Shown here piece after piece: positions 1 to 8,183 of a stretch of DNA of 40,179 bases. Position 1 is the stretch's first letter. Each line of letters opens with the position of its first letter. Location of the stretch: the NCBI GenBank assembly GCA_944383185.1, contig CALWOS010000030.1:1-40179 (forward strand), in the 5' to 3' direction. Both the position numbers and the translations under genes were made by a program. The notes under the pieces are model-generated. The model did not search any database, was not told where the DNA came from, and saw only the letters and a program-made list of their open reading frames with translations. This DNA comes from an uncultured Oscillospiraceae bacterium. Its GTDB lineage: Bacteria; Bacillota; Clostridia; Oscillospirales; Oscillospiraceae.

Positions 1-16
1 ACAATCACGAGCGCAT

Positions 17-61
17 CCAAAGCAAAACAGGAGTAGCGCCGCTGACGCTGCGCCACTCCTG
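17..61 (-). terminator. Rho-independent terminator downstream of the S8 protease gene
   Basis: Imperfect inverted repeat CAGGAGTAGCGC (28-39) / GCGCCACTCCTG (50-61). On the minus strand the stem is followed by TTTTGCTTTGG (17-27). Confidence 0.6.
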
Positions 62-163
62 CTAAAACTGAATATTCCTACACCCGGGGCTTTTTTTGTG
101 CTGTCTGCACAATCTGGGGCGGTTCAAATGTGCCGGGGCTTTGTCGTGTTCGGATTCGGCCGC

Positions 164-1903
164 CTATGCCGCCGTGAGCCAGCGCTGGAACACTGCGGCG
201 ATCTGGGCTCGGGTGGAGGTCCCCTGGGGCACCAGAGTATCCGCTGTCATACCGGTGATAATGCCCTGCTCCACAGCCCAGGCCATGGCCTCCACGGCGT
301 AGGGCGCCACATTCCCGGCGTCGGTGTAAGTGGTCAGGAGTGTTGGGTTTCCATCGGCCGTGCCGCCGGTAAAGCGGACATAGCGCTGGAGCATGGTCAC
401 CATCTGTTCCCGCGTCACCGCCTGGTCTGGGGCAAAACTGGTCTCCGTAATACCGGTGACAATGCCGTTCTCCGCAGCCCAGGTCACCGCCTGGGCGTAC
501 CAGGCGTCTGCCGGCACATCGGCAAAGGGGCTGCCGGCAGAGACGGCGCTTCCGCCATCAGAGAGGTACAGCCGGTAGAGGATGGTCACCAGCATCCCCC
601 GGGTCAGGGAGCGCTCCGGGGCAAAAAGGGTCTCGCTTTCCCCCTGCATCAGGCCCCGCTCCGTCACATAGAGGATACTCTCCTCCGCCCAGTGTCCGGA
701 GATATCGGTAAAGCCGGTTTCCGGCTGCTCTGTGACGCCCTGGGTCAGGGCGTCCACAAAGGCGGCCATATCCATCAGGCCGTATCCATACTGCTCGTCA
801 TAGCCCGGTTCGCCCAGATCCCGGGACGTCGTGCGCAGCAGCTCCTGAAATTCTGCGGCTGTGATGCTCGGATCATAGTCCTTTGCCATGACGGCCAGGG
901 CGCTGACAAAGGGGGTGGAGAAAGAAGTGCCCTTGCCGCTGGTATAGCCCGCCCCGTCCGTGTGGGAGAGGCTGATAATCTGTTCCCCCGGCGCCACCAC
1001 AAAGACGCTGTCGTTTCTCTGGGAAAAACTGCTCACTCCAAGAGTCTGACCAACGGAACCCACACCTACGACCCGGGAATCCGCGGCAGGGTAGAGGTAC
1101 TGGGTACCTCCGGTATTGCCAACAGCGGAGACCACGATGGCCCCGTGCTCCAAAGCGTATGTAACCGCGTCTGTCAAAGACTGGCTGGGCGTTTCCGTAC
1201 CAAGGCTCAGGTTGATCACATCGCTGCCGTAGCGGTCCACCGCCAGGTAGATGGCGGCGATGATGTAACTGACGCTGGTTCGGTTCCCATCGGAAAAGCA
1301 CTGGATGGGCACCAGCTCCACCTGGGGCGTCAGGCCGGAGATACCAATGCCGTTGTCCCGGCCTGCGGCCAGGAGCCCTGCAATAAAGGTGCCGTGCCCC
1401 ACGGTATCGGTCACGTCATCGCTGTCCGTGAGGACGTTCCAACCGGAGAGAATGTTGGCTTGCGACAGATCCTCGTGACCGGCATTGAGGCCGGAATCGA
1501 TGATAGCCACCGTCACGCCATCTCCCGCAAGGCCGCTCTCCCAAGCGGCCGCCGCGCCCAGCGTGTCCAGATACCACTGCTCTTTGGCCAGGGGGTCTGC
1601 ATCCCCCTCCAGGAGCACGGCCACGCCGTCCGGCTCCGCGTAATCCACCAGGCCGGACGCTTGCAGTTCCGCCAGCGCCTCCGGATCCTCTGTCCGGTAC
1701 AGCCCCGTCTCCGCATGGATGGCGGTAAGCGCCTGGCTTTCTTCCTCGCTGAGCAGCCCCACAGTGTCCTCCTGGAGGCGCACCAGCCATCCGCTGCCGG
1801 GCTCATCCGCCGTTTCCTGTGCAGAGACTCCCGCGGGGAAACACCCCAGCAATACCGCGGCCAGCAGGACTGCCGCCGCCCATTTTTGACTTGCACGCTT
1901 CAT
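164..1903 (-). CDS. Secreted S8 (subtilisin-like) serine peptidase with three C-terminal SLH cell-wall anchoring repeats
   Basis: ORF 164..1924 trimmed to ATG 1903 (MKRASQKW, AAGGGG 7-8 nt upstream). Signal peptide ends ..GVSAQ. Catalytic motifs AIIDSGLNAGHEDL (Asp), GHGTFIAG (His), GTSFSTPFVSA (Ser). SLH-like repeats FTDISGHWAEE.., FADVPADAWYAQ.., YTDAGNVAPYAV.. Confidence 0.85.
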   Translation of the reverse strand: MKRASQKWAAAVLLAAVLLGCFPAGVSAQETADEPGSGWLVRLQEDTVGLLSEEESQALTAIHAETGLYRTEDPEALAELQASGLVDYAEPDGVAVLLEGDADPLAKEQWYLDTLGAAAAWESGLAGDGVTVAIIDSGLNAGHEDLSQANILSGWNVLTDSDDVTDTVGHGTFIAGLLAAGRDNGIGISGLTPQVELVPIQCFSDGNRTSVSYIIAAIYLAVDRYGSDVINLSLGTETPSQSLTDAVTYALEHGAIVVSAVGNTGGTQYLYPAADSRVVGVGSVGQTLGVSSFSQRNDSVFVVAPGEQIISLSHTDGAGYTSGKGTSFSTPFVSALAVMAKDYDPSITAAEFQELLRTTSRDLGEPGYDEQYGYGLMDMAAFVDALTQGVTEQPETGFTDISGHWAEESILYVTERGLMQGESETLFAPERSLTRGMLVTILYRLYLSDGGSAVSAGSPFADVPADAWYAQAVTWAAENGIVTGITETSFAPDQAVTREQMVTMLQRYVRFTGGTADGNPTLLTTYTDAGNVAPYAVEAMAWAVEQGIITGMTADTLVPQGTSTRAQIAAVFQRWLTAA

Positions 1904-2045
1904 GTTCATACCCCTTGTTCCCACGCTTCTTGCCCTGGGTGTTTTCTTTGTCAGAAAAACAGTATACCGGAAATTGCATCAAGTTTCTATCTTTCTCTCC
2001 GGAATTCCAAAAATTTTAAATCTTTTTTCTCATGGGCAAAAGAAC

Positions 2046-2074
2046 TTGCAAATGCCAGAGGCGGGCTATATAAT
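2046..2074 (+). promoter_or_regulatory. Sigma-A type promoter for aspB
   Basis: TTGCAA (2046-2051), 17-nt spacer, TATAAT (2069-2074), 36 nt upstream of the ATG at 2111. Confidence 0.55.
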
Positions 2075-2110
2075 GAAATGGAAGTTTTTCAAAAAGGTGT
2101 GAGAAATATT

Positions 2111-3304
2111 ATGCCAGAATTTTCCCGTATCGCCAGCTCCGTGCACGCTTCCACCACCCTCGCGGTGGATTCCCTGGCTAAACAGATGAAGGCCGAGGGC
2201 CTGGATGTCATCGGTTTTGGCGCCGGTGAGCCGGATTTCAATACCCCAGAGAACATCAGTGAGGCGGGCATCCGCGCCATCCGGGAGGGAAAAACCCGGT
2301 ATACGCCCGCCGCCGGCCTTGTGGAGCTGCGCAAAGCCGTAGCTGAACGGCTGCGCCTGGACTGCGGCCTGGAGTATGATTTCAGCCAGATCGTAGTCGC
2401 CAGCGGCGCCAAGCACAGCGTATTCATCACCCTGTGCGCCATCCTGAACCCCGGGGACGAAGTCATTGTCCCCGCGCCTTACTGGGTCAGCTACTACGAG
2501 ATGATCCGTATGGCCGGCGGCGTCCCCGTGGTGGTCAAGGCGGAAGAAAAGCAGAACTTCAAAATCACGGCGGAGCAGCTGGAGGCCGCCGTGACGGATA
2601 AAACCAAGGCCGTCATTTTCAACAACCCCTCCAACCCCACAGGCATGCTCTACAGCGAGGCAGAGATGCGCCCTCTGGCCGACGTATGCGTCCGCCGGGA
2701 TCTCTTCCTCATCGCAGACGAGATTTACTGCGGCCTTGTGTACGACGGCAAGCCCTTTGTGAGCTTCGCCGCGCTGGGAGACGCGGTCAAAGCCCGGACC
2801 ATCCTGGTCAACGGCGTATCCAAGTCCTACGCCATGACCGGCTGGCGCATCGGCTATACAGCTTCCTGCCCGGAACTGGCCAAGATCATGGGCAACTATC
2901 TCAGCCACTCCACCGGCGCTCCGGGCACCATGTGCCAGTGGGCCGCGGTGGAGGCCCTCACCGGTCCCCAGGACACCATTGAGGCCATGCGCAAGGTCTT
3001 TGAGGAACGCCGCAATTACATTGTCCAGCGCATGAACGCCATTCCCGGCGTGAGCTGCATTGTTCCAGACGGCGCTTTCTATGTGATGATGAATCTGGAA
3101 AAGCTCCTGGGCCGCACTCTTGGCGGGAGGCATATCCAGAACGACGATGACTTTGCCATCGCCTTCCTGGAGAAGGGCCTGGTCGCCGTGGTGCCCTGCT
3201 CCGGCTTTGGCATGCCAAACTTCGTGCGCTGGACCTATGCCACTTCCATGGAGAATATCCGGGAGGGTCTGGATCGCCTGGAGCGCTTCCTGTCCAAAGA
3301 TTGA
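2111..3304 (+). CDS. aspB: Aspartate aminotransferase (class I PLP-dependent aminotransferase, AspB-like)
   Basis: Last 397 codons of ORF 98..3304, starting MPEFSRIASSV. Collinear with Bacillus AspB by motif: GAGEPDFNTP, NNPSNPTG, PLP-lysine motif SKSYAMTGWRIGY, RWTYATS. The upstream 670 codons of the ORF are antisense to the protease gene and rejected. Confidence 0.92.
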   Translation: MPEFSRIASSVHASTTLAVDSLAKQMKAEGLDVIGFGAGEPDFNTPENISEAGIRAIREGKTRYTPAAGLVELRKAVAERLRLDCGLEYDFSQIVVASGAKHSVFITLCAILNPGDEVIVPAPYWVSYYEMIRMAGGVPVVVKAEEKQNFKITAEQLEAAVTDKTKAVIFNNPSNPTGMLYSEAEMRPLADVCVRRDLFLIADEIYCGLVYDGKPFVSFAALGDAVKARTILVNGVSKSYAMTGWRIGYTASCPELAKIMGNYLSHSTGAPGTMCQWAAVEALTGPQDTIEAMRKVFEERRNYIVQRMNAIPGVSCIVPDGAFYVMMNLEKLLGRTLGGRHIQNDDDFAIAFLEKGLVAVVPCSGFGMPNFVRWTYATSMENIREGLDRLERFLSKD

Positions 3305-3338
3305 TAGCTATTTGTTATTTCTTTTGGGAGAGATTTCT

Positions 3339-3509
3339 GTGAAAAAGCAGCTCCGCTGGATTCTGCCGCTGTGCATCGCGGGACTCCTGCTGGGGAGCTT
3401 CCCCGCGCGGGAGTTCCTGGGAACGCTTGCCTGCGACCTCATGCGCATCGGCGGATTTTTGCTGCTTCTTGTGTACATAGTGGGCCGTCTCAAAAAACAA
3501 AGAGCCTGA
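3339..3509 (+). CDS. Small hypothetical membrane protein (56 aa, two hydrophobic segments)
   Basis: GTG at 3339 preceded by GGGAGAG (3326-3332). Sequence VKKQLRWILPLCIAGLLLG...GGFLLLLVYIVGRLKKQRA. Lies between the aspB stop and the terminator at 3517. No family recognised. Confidence 0.4.
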   Translation: MKKQLRWILPLCIAGLLLGSFPAREFLGTLACDLMRIGGFLLLLVYIVGRLKKQRA

Positions 3510-3516
3510 AGCCCTC

Positions 3517-3553
3517 ATCCGGCCCGCGCTTCTGCGTTGGGCCGGATTTTCTC
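3517..3553 (+). terminator. Rho-independent terminator (aspB / small ORF transcript)
   Basis: ATCCGGCCC (3517-3525) / GGGCCGGAT (3539-3547) stem followed by TTTTCTC. Confidence 0.65.
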
Positions 3554-3628
3554 ATGCCTGAGAGTGGACTTTCTCTCCTCTGCGCGGCATATCCTGATTC
3601 TATCGGAGGACGGGAGGAGAGTTCTGGG

Positions 3629-4318
3629 ATGAGACTGCGTAGCGTACTGGCCGGTCTGCTTCTGGCGGCGCTGTTTCTGGCAGCGCCGGTACAAGCGGCA
3701 GGGGAGGGGGGCGTGCTGATCCTGGACCCCGGCCATGGGGGTGAGGACGGCGGCGCGGTGTCCGTGGACGGGACCCCGGAGGCGGCGCTCAACTGGGAAA
3801 TCGCCTCGCGCTGCCGGGACCTGGCGTGGTTTTTGGGGCTGCCGGTGGTGATGACCCGGGATGACTATGACATCAACTACCCCCAGGAGGCGGAAACCAC
3901 CCGGCAGCGGAAAGCTGCTGATCAAAAGTCCCGGCTGGCTCTTGTAAATTCCCAGGAGAATGGTATACTGTTGAGTATCCACCAAAATCAATTCACCGCT
4001 TCCAGCGTCTCCGGACCGCAGGTGTTTTATAACCCGAAAAACGGGGCGCAGGACCTGGCGGAACGACTCCAATCCCTGCTGAATGCGCAGCTTGCGCCAG
4101 AGAGCCGCCGCGTGGCGGCGCCGATCCCGGAAGAAATCCTTCTCACCCGGGAATCCAGTCACCCTGCGGTACTGGTGGAGTGCGGTTTTCTCTCCAACGC
4201 TTCAGAGGCGGCGCTGCTGCGCACGCCGGACTATCAGCTGCAGTTGAGCCTGATCCTGATTGGCGGCTATCTGCAGCATATCCATCTCAATCCGGAGGAC
4301 ATGGATGAAGGCGAATAA
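3629..4318 (+). CDS. cwlD: N-acetylmuramoyl-L-alanine amidase, CwlD-like (spore cortex muramic lactam formation)
   Basis: ATG 3629 with GGGAGGAGA 9 nt upstream. Signal/anchor MRLRSVLAGLLLAALFLAAPVQA. Amidase_3 motifs ILDPGHGGEDGGA, SIHQNQF, LVECGFLSN. Size (229 aa) and pattern fit CwlD. Confidence 0.8.
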   Translation: MRLRSVLAGLLLAALFLAAPVQAAGEGGVLILDPGHGGEDGGAVSVDGTPEAALNWEIASRCRDLAWFLGLPVVMTRDDYDINYPQEAETTRQRKAADQKSRLALVNSQENGILLSIHQNQFTASSVSGPQVFYNPKNGAQDLAERLQSLLNAQLAPESRRVAAPIPEEILLTRESSHPAVLVECGFLSNASEAALLRTPDYQLQLSLILIGGYLQHIHLNPEDMDEGE

Positions 4319-5675
4319 GACACGGTTTTACTGCACGGCTTGCGGCAATGAACTGGCGAAGTGGGCGGGGAAATGCCCTGCCTGCGGCGCCTGGAACACC
4401 ATAGAGGAGGTCCCGGCAGCTCCTACAGTAGCTGGCGGCGGCAGGGCGGCAACGGTAGCCGGCGGCGTACCCCGGAGCCAGCCCAAGCGCCTTCGGGAGC
4501 TGGATGCCGGCGCGGAGCTGCGGTTTTCCACAGGTTTGGGAGAGTTTGACCGCGTCCTGGGCGGCGGCGCCGTGCGCGGGTCCCTGGTGCTGGTGGGCGG
4601 TTCCCCGGGCATCGGCAAATCCACGCTGCTGTTACAGATGTGCGCCCGGCTGCCGAAGGGGGAGACCGTCCTCTACATTACCGGCGAGGAGAGCCAGCGG
4701 CAGCTGAAACTCCGGGCCCAACGGCTCCAGGTGGAAACAGACGAGCTCTTTGTCCTGGCTGAGACCCAGCTGGATCAGGCCCTTGACGCCATTGGAAGCT
4801 TGTCCCCCAGCGTGGTAATCCTGGACTCCATACAGACCCTTTACCGCGGGGACATGACCGCCGCGCCGGGGAGCGTGAGCCAGGTGAAAGAGTGTACCAT
4901 GGCCATCATGCAGTTGGCCAAGCTCCAGGGATTCACTGCTTTCATTGTGGGCCATGTGAACAAAGACGGGGCTATCGCCGGACCCAAGGTCCTGGAGCAC
5001 ATGGTGGACTGTGTGCTATACTTTGAAGGGGAGCGGAGCATGAGCTACCGGCTGCTCCGGGGCGTCAAAAACCGCTTTGGCTCCACCAACGAGATCGGCG
5101 TGTTTGAAATGACAGACCGGGGCCTTCGAGAGGTGGAAAACCCCTCGGAAATGCTCCTTTCCGGAAGGCCGGAGAATGTCTCCGGCACCTGCGTTACCTG
5201 CGTCATGGAAGGGACAAGGCCCCTCCTCGCGGAGATACAGGCCCTTGCAACGCCAACGGGCTTTGCCGCTGGCCGCCGCAACGCCAACGGCCTGGATTAT
5301 AACCGGGCGCTCCTGCTTCTGGCGGTGCTGGAAAAGTGGGGCGGTATGGCACTGGGCAGCTGCGACGTGTATATCAACGTTATCGGCGGCCTGGACTTGG
5401 ACGAACCAGCGGCGGACCTGGCCGCGGTGCTGGCCATTGCCTCCAGCTTTCGGGACAGGCCCATTGGCCCAAAAGTTGCCGCCGTGGGGGAAGTTGGCCT
5501 GGCAGGGGAAGTGCGCAGCGTCGCTGCGCTGAACCAGCGCCTGGGGGAGATTGCCCGGCTGGGCTTTTCCCAGTGCGTCATCCCCGCTCACGCCCGGGAC
5601 GAGCTCCGCCCGCCCAAGGGGCTGCAGCTGATCCCCGTGCGCAGCATCCGGGAAGCGGTGGAAGCGCTCTTGTGA
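4305..5675 (+). CDS. radA: DNA repair protein RadA/Sms
   Basis: ATG 4305 after GGAGGA, overlapping the cwlD end. Zn ribbon CTACGNELAKWAGKCPACGAWNT, Walker A GGSPGIGKSTLL, RadA motif KNRFGSTNEIGVFEM, Lon-protease-like C-terminal domain. Confidence 0.95.
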   Translation: MKANKTRFYCTACGNELAKWAGKCPACGAWNTIEEVPAAPTVAGGGRAATVAGGVPRSQPKRLRELDAGAELRFSTGLGEFDRVLGGGAVRGSLVLVGGSPGIGKSTLLLQMCARLPKGETVLYITGEESQRQLKLRAQRLQVETDELFVLAETQLDQALDAIGSLSPSVVILDSIQTLYRGDMTAAPGSVSQVKECTMAIMQLAKLQGFTAFIVGHVNKDGAIAGPKVLEHMVDCVLYFEGERSMSYRLLRGVKNRFGSTNEIGVFEMTDRGLREVENPSEMLLSGRPENVSGTCVTCVMEGTRPLLAEIQALATPTGFAAGRRNANGLDYNRALLLLAVLEKWGGMALGSCDVYINVIGGLDLDEPAADLAAVLAIASSFRDRPIGPKVAAVGEVGLAGEVRSVAALNQRLGEIARLGFSQCVIPAHARDELRPPKGLQLIPVRSIREAVEALL

Positions 5676-5763
5676 TCCAAATAAATGATATATAAATTGC
5701 AATATTTTGACAATTGACATGCGCCGGAGAAAGCCGGCCGGAATGGAGAAGAAGGGAGTATTG

Positions 5764-6603
5764 ATGGTACGTATTCTGAGCGACAGCACCTGTGATCTGG
5801 GTTTGAAGCGGGCAGAGGAACTGGGGGTGGAAATCCTCCCGCTGACCGTTTGCTTCGGAGACGAGGCTTACCTGGACTATGTGGAACTGGAGCCGGCGGA
5901 GTTTTTTGATAAGCTCCGCAAGGCAAAGCAGCTCCCGACAACATCCCAGCTGAATCCAGATTTTTTGGCAAAATCCTTCCAGGCCATTGTGGATAAAGGT
6001 GACGATGCTGTTGGTATTTTCATTTCTTCCGAGCTGAGCGGTACCTATCAGTCCGCTTGCCTCGCACGGGAAATGGTCACCGAGCCAGAGCGGGTCTATC
6101 TGGTGGATTCCCGGACCGCAACCATTGTCCAGGGCATTCTGGTTATGGAGGCCGCACGCCGCCGGGACGCGGGCGATACCGCTGCGGAGATCCAGGCATA
6201 TCTCCAGCGCTTGATTCCAAAGATGCGCCTGTACGCGGTGATCGACACGCTGAAATATCTCCAAATGGGCGGACGGATCTCCGCGGCCTCCGCTGCCATC
6301 GGCGGCGTCCTGGGGATCCATCCCATCATCTCTATCATCGACGGCAAAGTTGTCAGCCTCGGCAAGGCACGCGGCTGGAAAGCCGCGATCCAGGCGTTGG
6401 AGGATTATGTGAAAAAAGACGATATTGATAAAGAATTAACAATTGTGTTTGGAGACTGTGAAGCCGATGAGGCCAAAGAGCAATGTAAGGAGCGGCTGCA
6501 GCCCTATGTGCAGGGCGCAGCAATCTGCACAAGCGGCATCGGCAGCGTAGTGGGCACATATGTTGGCCCGGGCGCCGTGGGAATCGCGTATTTTGTCAAA
6601 TAA
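5764..6603 (+). CDS. DegV family fatty-acid-binding protein
   Basis: ATG 5764 after GAAGGGAG. MVRILSDSTCDL start typical of DegV. SSELSGTYQSA motif. 279 aa. Confidence 0.85.
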   Translation: MVRILSDSTCDLGLKRAEELGVEILPLTVCFGDEAYLDYVELEPAEFFDKLRKAKQLPTTSQLNPDFLAKSFQAIVDKGDDAVGIFISSELSGTYQSACLAREMVTEPERVYLVDSRTATIVQGILVMEAARRRDAGDTAAEIQAYLQRLIPKMRLYAVIDTLKYLQMGGRISAASAAIGGVLGIHPIISIIDGKVVSLGKARGWKAAIQALEDYVKKDDIDKELTIVFGDCEADEAKEQCKERLQPYVQGAAICTSGIGSVVGTYVGPGAVGIAYFVK

Positions 6604-6642
6604 ATAGATTCCAGATACCATAATAGGATTTTAGAGGTAAGA

Positions 6643-7014
6643 ATGAGAAAAATTTTGACGATTTTAAGTGTTGCATTCTGTATCGCATCACTAACAGCTT
6701 GTTCCGCAGAGTTCAATGGAAGCAGTACGGGAAATGATACGCAGTTTATCATGGAATACAGTATCTTGAATACGTCTGATTCCAGAAATATGACCTTGAA
6801 GGCAGGCGATATCATCCACACATCCATCGTGAGCAATTCTGGGAGCGTAAGCATCGAAATCGAAACCAGCGCTGGAGAAGTCATCTATTCAGATGAAGAT
6901 ATTCCTACATCTGATTTTGAAATTGTAATACCGCAGGATGACACCTATACATTCACAGTCACGGGAAGCCGCGCAAGCGGAAGTGTGAAATTCATAGCTG
7001 AATGCGCGGCGTAG
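6643..7014 (+). CDS. Orphan small lipoprotein (123 aa), low-GC gene
   Basis: Lipobox SLTAC (Cys20) after MRKILTILSVAFCIA. GAGGT Shine-Dalgarno motif 5 nt upstream. Two 60-nt lines inside the gene count 38-40% GC versus 60% for a line in the adjacent degV. No family recognised. Confidence 0.65.
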   Translation: MRKILTILSVAFCIASLTACSAEFNGSSTGNDTQFIMEYSILNTSDSRNMTLKAGDIIHTSIVSNSGSVSIEIETSAGEVIYSDEDIPTSDFEIVIPQDDTYTFTVTGSRASGSVKFIAECAA

Positions 7015-7053
7015 CGGATTCCCGCATTTGAGACCGCTTTCCCCTCCCCTAAA

Positions 7054-7085
7054 TTAAACAAAATTTTTATTTTGTTTAATTTTAT
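7054..7085 (+). terminator. AT-rich perfect palindrome, probable terminator of the lipoprotein gene
   Basis: TTAAACAAAAT (7054-7064), loop TTTT, ATTTTGTTTAA (7069-7079), followed by TTTTAT. Confidence 0.4.
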
Positions 7086-7127
7086 CAAGATTCTTAGACC
7101 CGCTGTGCCCCCTCCCTCCTTTCGGCG

Positions 7128-7147
7128 AAAAACCGCCCTGAGGGCGG
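7128..7147 (-). terminator. Second (backup) minus-strand terminator downstream of tRNA-Gly
   Basis: CCGCCC (7133-7138) TGA GGGCGG (7142-7147). On the minus strand it is followed by TTTTT (7128-7132). Confidence 0.4.
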
Positions 7148-7204
7148 CATACCCCACTGCGGGTCTCAGTAAAACAGGCCACAGTTGGATCTGACTTTTG
7201 AAAA

Positions 7205-7241
7205 TGAAAAAAGCCGGAGCAAGCGATGCGAAGCTTGCTCC
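7205..7241 (-). terminator. Rho-independent terminator of tRNA-Gly
   Basis: GGAGCAAGC (7216-7224) / GCTTGCTCC (7233-7241). On the minus strand it is followed by GGCTTTTTTCA. Confidence 0.75.
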
Positions 7242-7245
7242 GACG

Positions 7246-7319
7246 TGGAGCGGGTGATGGGAATCGAACCCACGTATCCAGCTTGGGAAGCTGGTGTTCT
7301 ACCATTGAACTACACCCGC
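7246..7319 (-). tRNA. tRNA-Gly (anticodon CCC), CCA encoded
   Basis: Minus-strand read GCGGGTG TA GTTC AATGGTA GAAC A CCAGC TTCCCAA GCTGG ATAC GTGGG TTCGATT CCCAT CACCCGC T CCA. Clean cloverleaf, 74 nt, anticodon loop TT-CCC-AA. Confidence 0.93.
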
Positions 7320-7330
7320 AAGCGAGAAAT

Positions 7331-7359
7331 AGTATACCATCATTTTCCCGCTCTTGCAA
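7331..7359 (-). promoter_or_regulatory. Sigma-A type promoter for tRNA-Gly
   Basis: Minus strand TTGCAA (7354-7359), 17 nt, TATACT (7331-7336), about 11 nt upstream of the mature tRNA 5' end. The -35 lies inside the palindrome GCTCTTGCAAGAGC. Confidence 0.55.
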
Positions 7360-7416
7360 GAGCTTTGACAAAAAAAGTTTCAAAACCAGAGCAAATGCCC
7401 TTCCCGATCTAAAAAT

Positions 7417-7944
7417 TCAACGCTCCTCTAAAAGAAGCTCTACGATTTGATTGTAAAGGGTCTCAGCACGACTGCGGAAATGGCTGGACATTCTCTCTGC
7501 CTGGTCCTGGTCCGGCACCAAGAGCTTCAGCTCCAGGACAGGGCCGTCATCCTCCTCCATTGTGAGGTGGAGATCTACGCCGCCCCGGCGCCGGGGTGTG
7601 CTTTCCGTGTGGAGAAGGGCGCTGCGCTTTTGCTGCCGTACCAGAGGGGCGAGACGTTTTTCCGCTCGGATACGGATCACATAGGGCAGGCTGCTTTCCG
7701 TGATTTCCCCGTTGTGCGCGCCCTTTTCCGTGATGACCCAGCCGTCCTCCCGGCGAGCGATATGGCCGGTGCGCTCCAGCTCGTCCAGACACTCGGTATA
7801 ATCAAAGTAGACAATGCCATCATCCAGGAGCGTCAGCTCCGCCAGGGCTGTGTCGCTCACCGGAGCGGCCAGGCGGCGTAGTATGAATAGGATCAGGATT
7901 TTCAGATCCAGTTTTTCATGGATGAATCCAAAGCGCTCCTCCAC
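7417..7944 (-). CDS. DUF4364 family protein (Clostridia-conserved, function unknown)
   Basis: GTG 7944 after GGGGAGGGGAGG. N-terminus EERFGFIHEKLDLKILILFILRRL and overall pattern match my recollection of DUF4364. 175 aa. Confidence 0.65.
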   Translation of the reverse strand: MEERFGFIHEKLDLKILILFILRRLAAPVSDTALAELTLLDDGIVYFDYTECLDELERTGHIARREDGWVITEKGAHNGEITESSLPYVIRIRAEKRLAPLVRQQKRSALLHTESTPRRRGGVDLHLTMEEDDGPVLELKLLVPDQDQAERMSSHFRSRAETLYNQIVELLLEER

Positions 7945-7994
7945 AATAGACGGCCTCCCCTCCCCGGGTTTTTACCCAGGCATTTTTCAATTTT

Positions 7995-8024
7995 AGTATA
8001 CCACAGCCCATCCGGGCAAGACAA
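7995..8024 (-). promoter_or_regulatory. Sigma-A type promoter (extended -10) for the DUF4364 gene
   Basis: Minus strand TTGTCT (8019-8024), 18 nt, TGgTATACT (-10 at 7995-8000). Confidence 0.45.
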
Positions 8025-8183
8025 GTGCACACGGTCAAAAAAGCCTGGCAACCGGCCTATGCTGCCTGCGCAAAACCTCATAGACTTCTTTGGCCGGCCC
8101 AAAGTCCCGCTTTCCTGCACAAACCGGATGCTCACGCATAGACTGTACTGAACGTGGTTCAATTCAGGCTAGGAGGTACCAAT

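Noticed and set aside
81-97. CCCGGGG followed by T7 near the window start
   Set aside because: The stem is too short to be a credible intrinsic terminator. The 17-61 hairpin explains termination here.
98-2110. N-terminal 670 codons of the 1068-aa ORF 98..3304
   Set aside because: Antisense to the well-supported S8/SLH protease gene. Gly/Arg/His-rich composition is typical of a spurious high-GC frame. The intergenic AT-rich promoter region (1925-2110) lies inside it. Only the aspB part from ATG 2111 is real.
5697-5719. TTGCAA plus tandem TTGACA-A-TTGACA hexamers upstream of degV
   Set aside because: They look like -35 boxes, but none has a plausible -10 at 16-18 nt. A TTGTGA/TATAAA pair further upstream (about 5670-5696) may be the real promoter. 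Too ambiguous to call.
6604-7319. Genomic island or prophage remnant integrated at tRNA-Gly
   Set aside because: No integrase, no recombinase fragment, and no direct repeat of the tRNA 3' end was found. Only a single low-GC gene is present, so it is reported as a low-GC islet rather than a mobile element.
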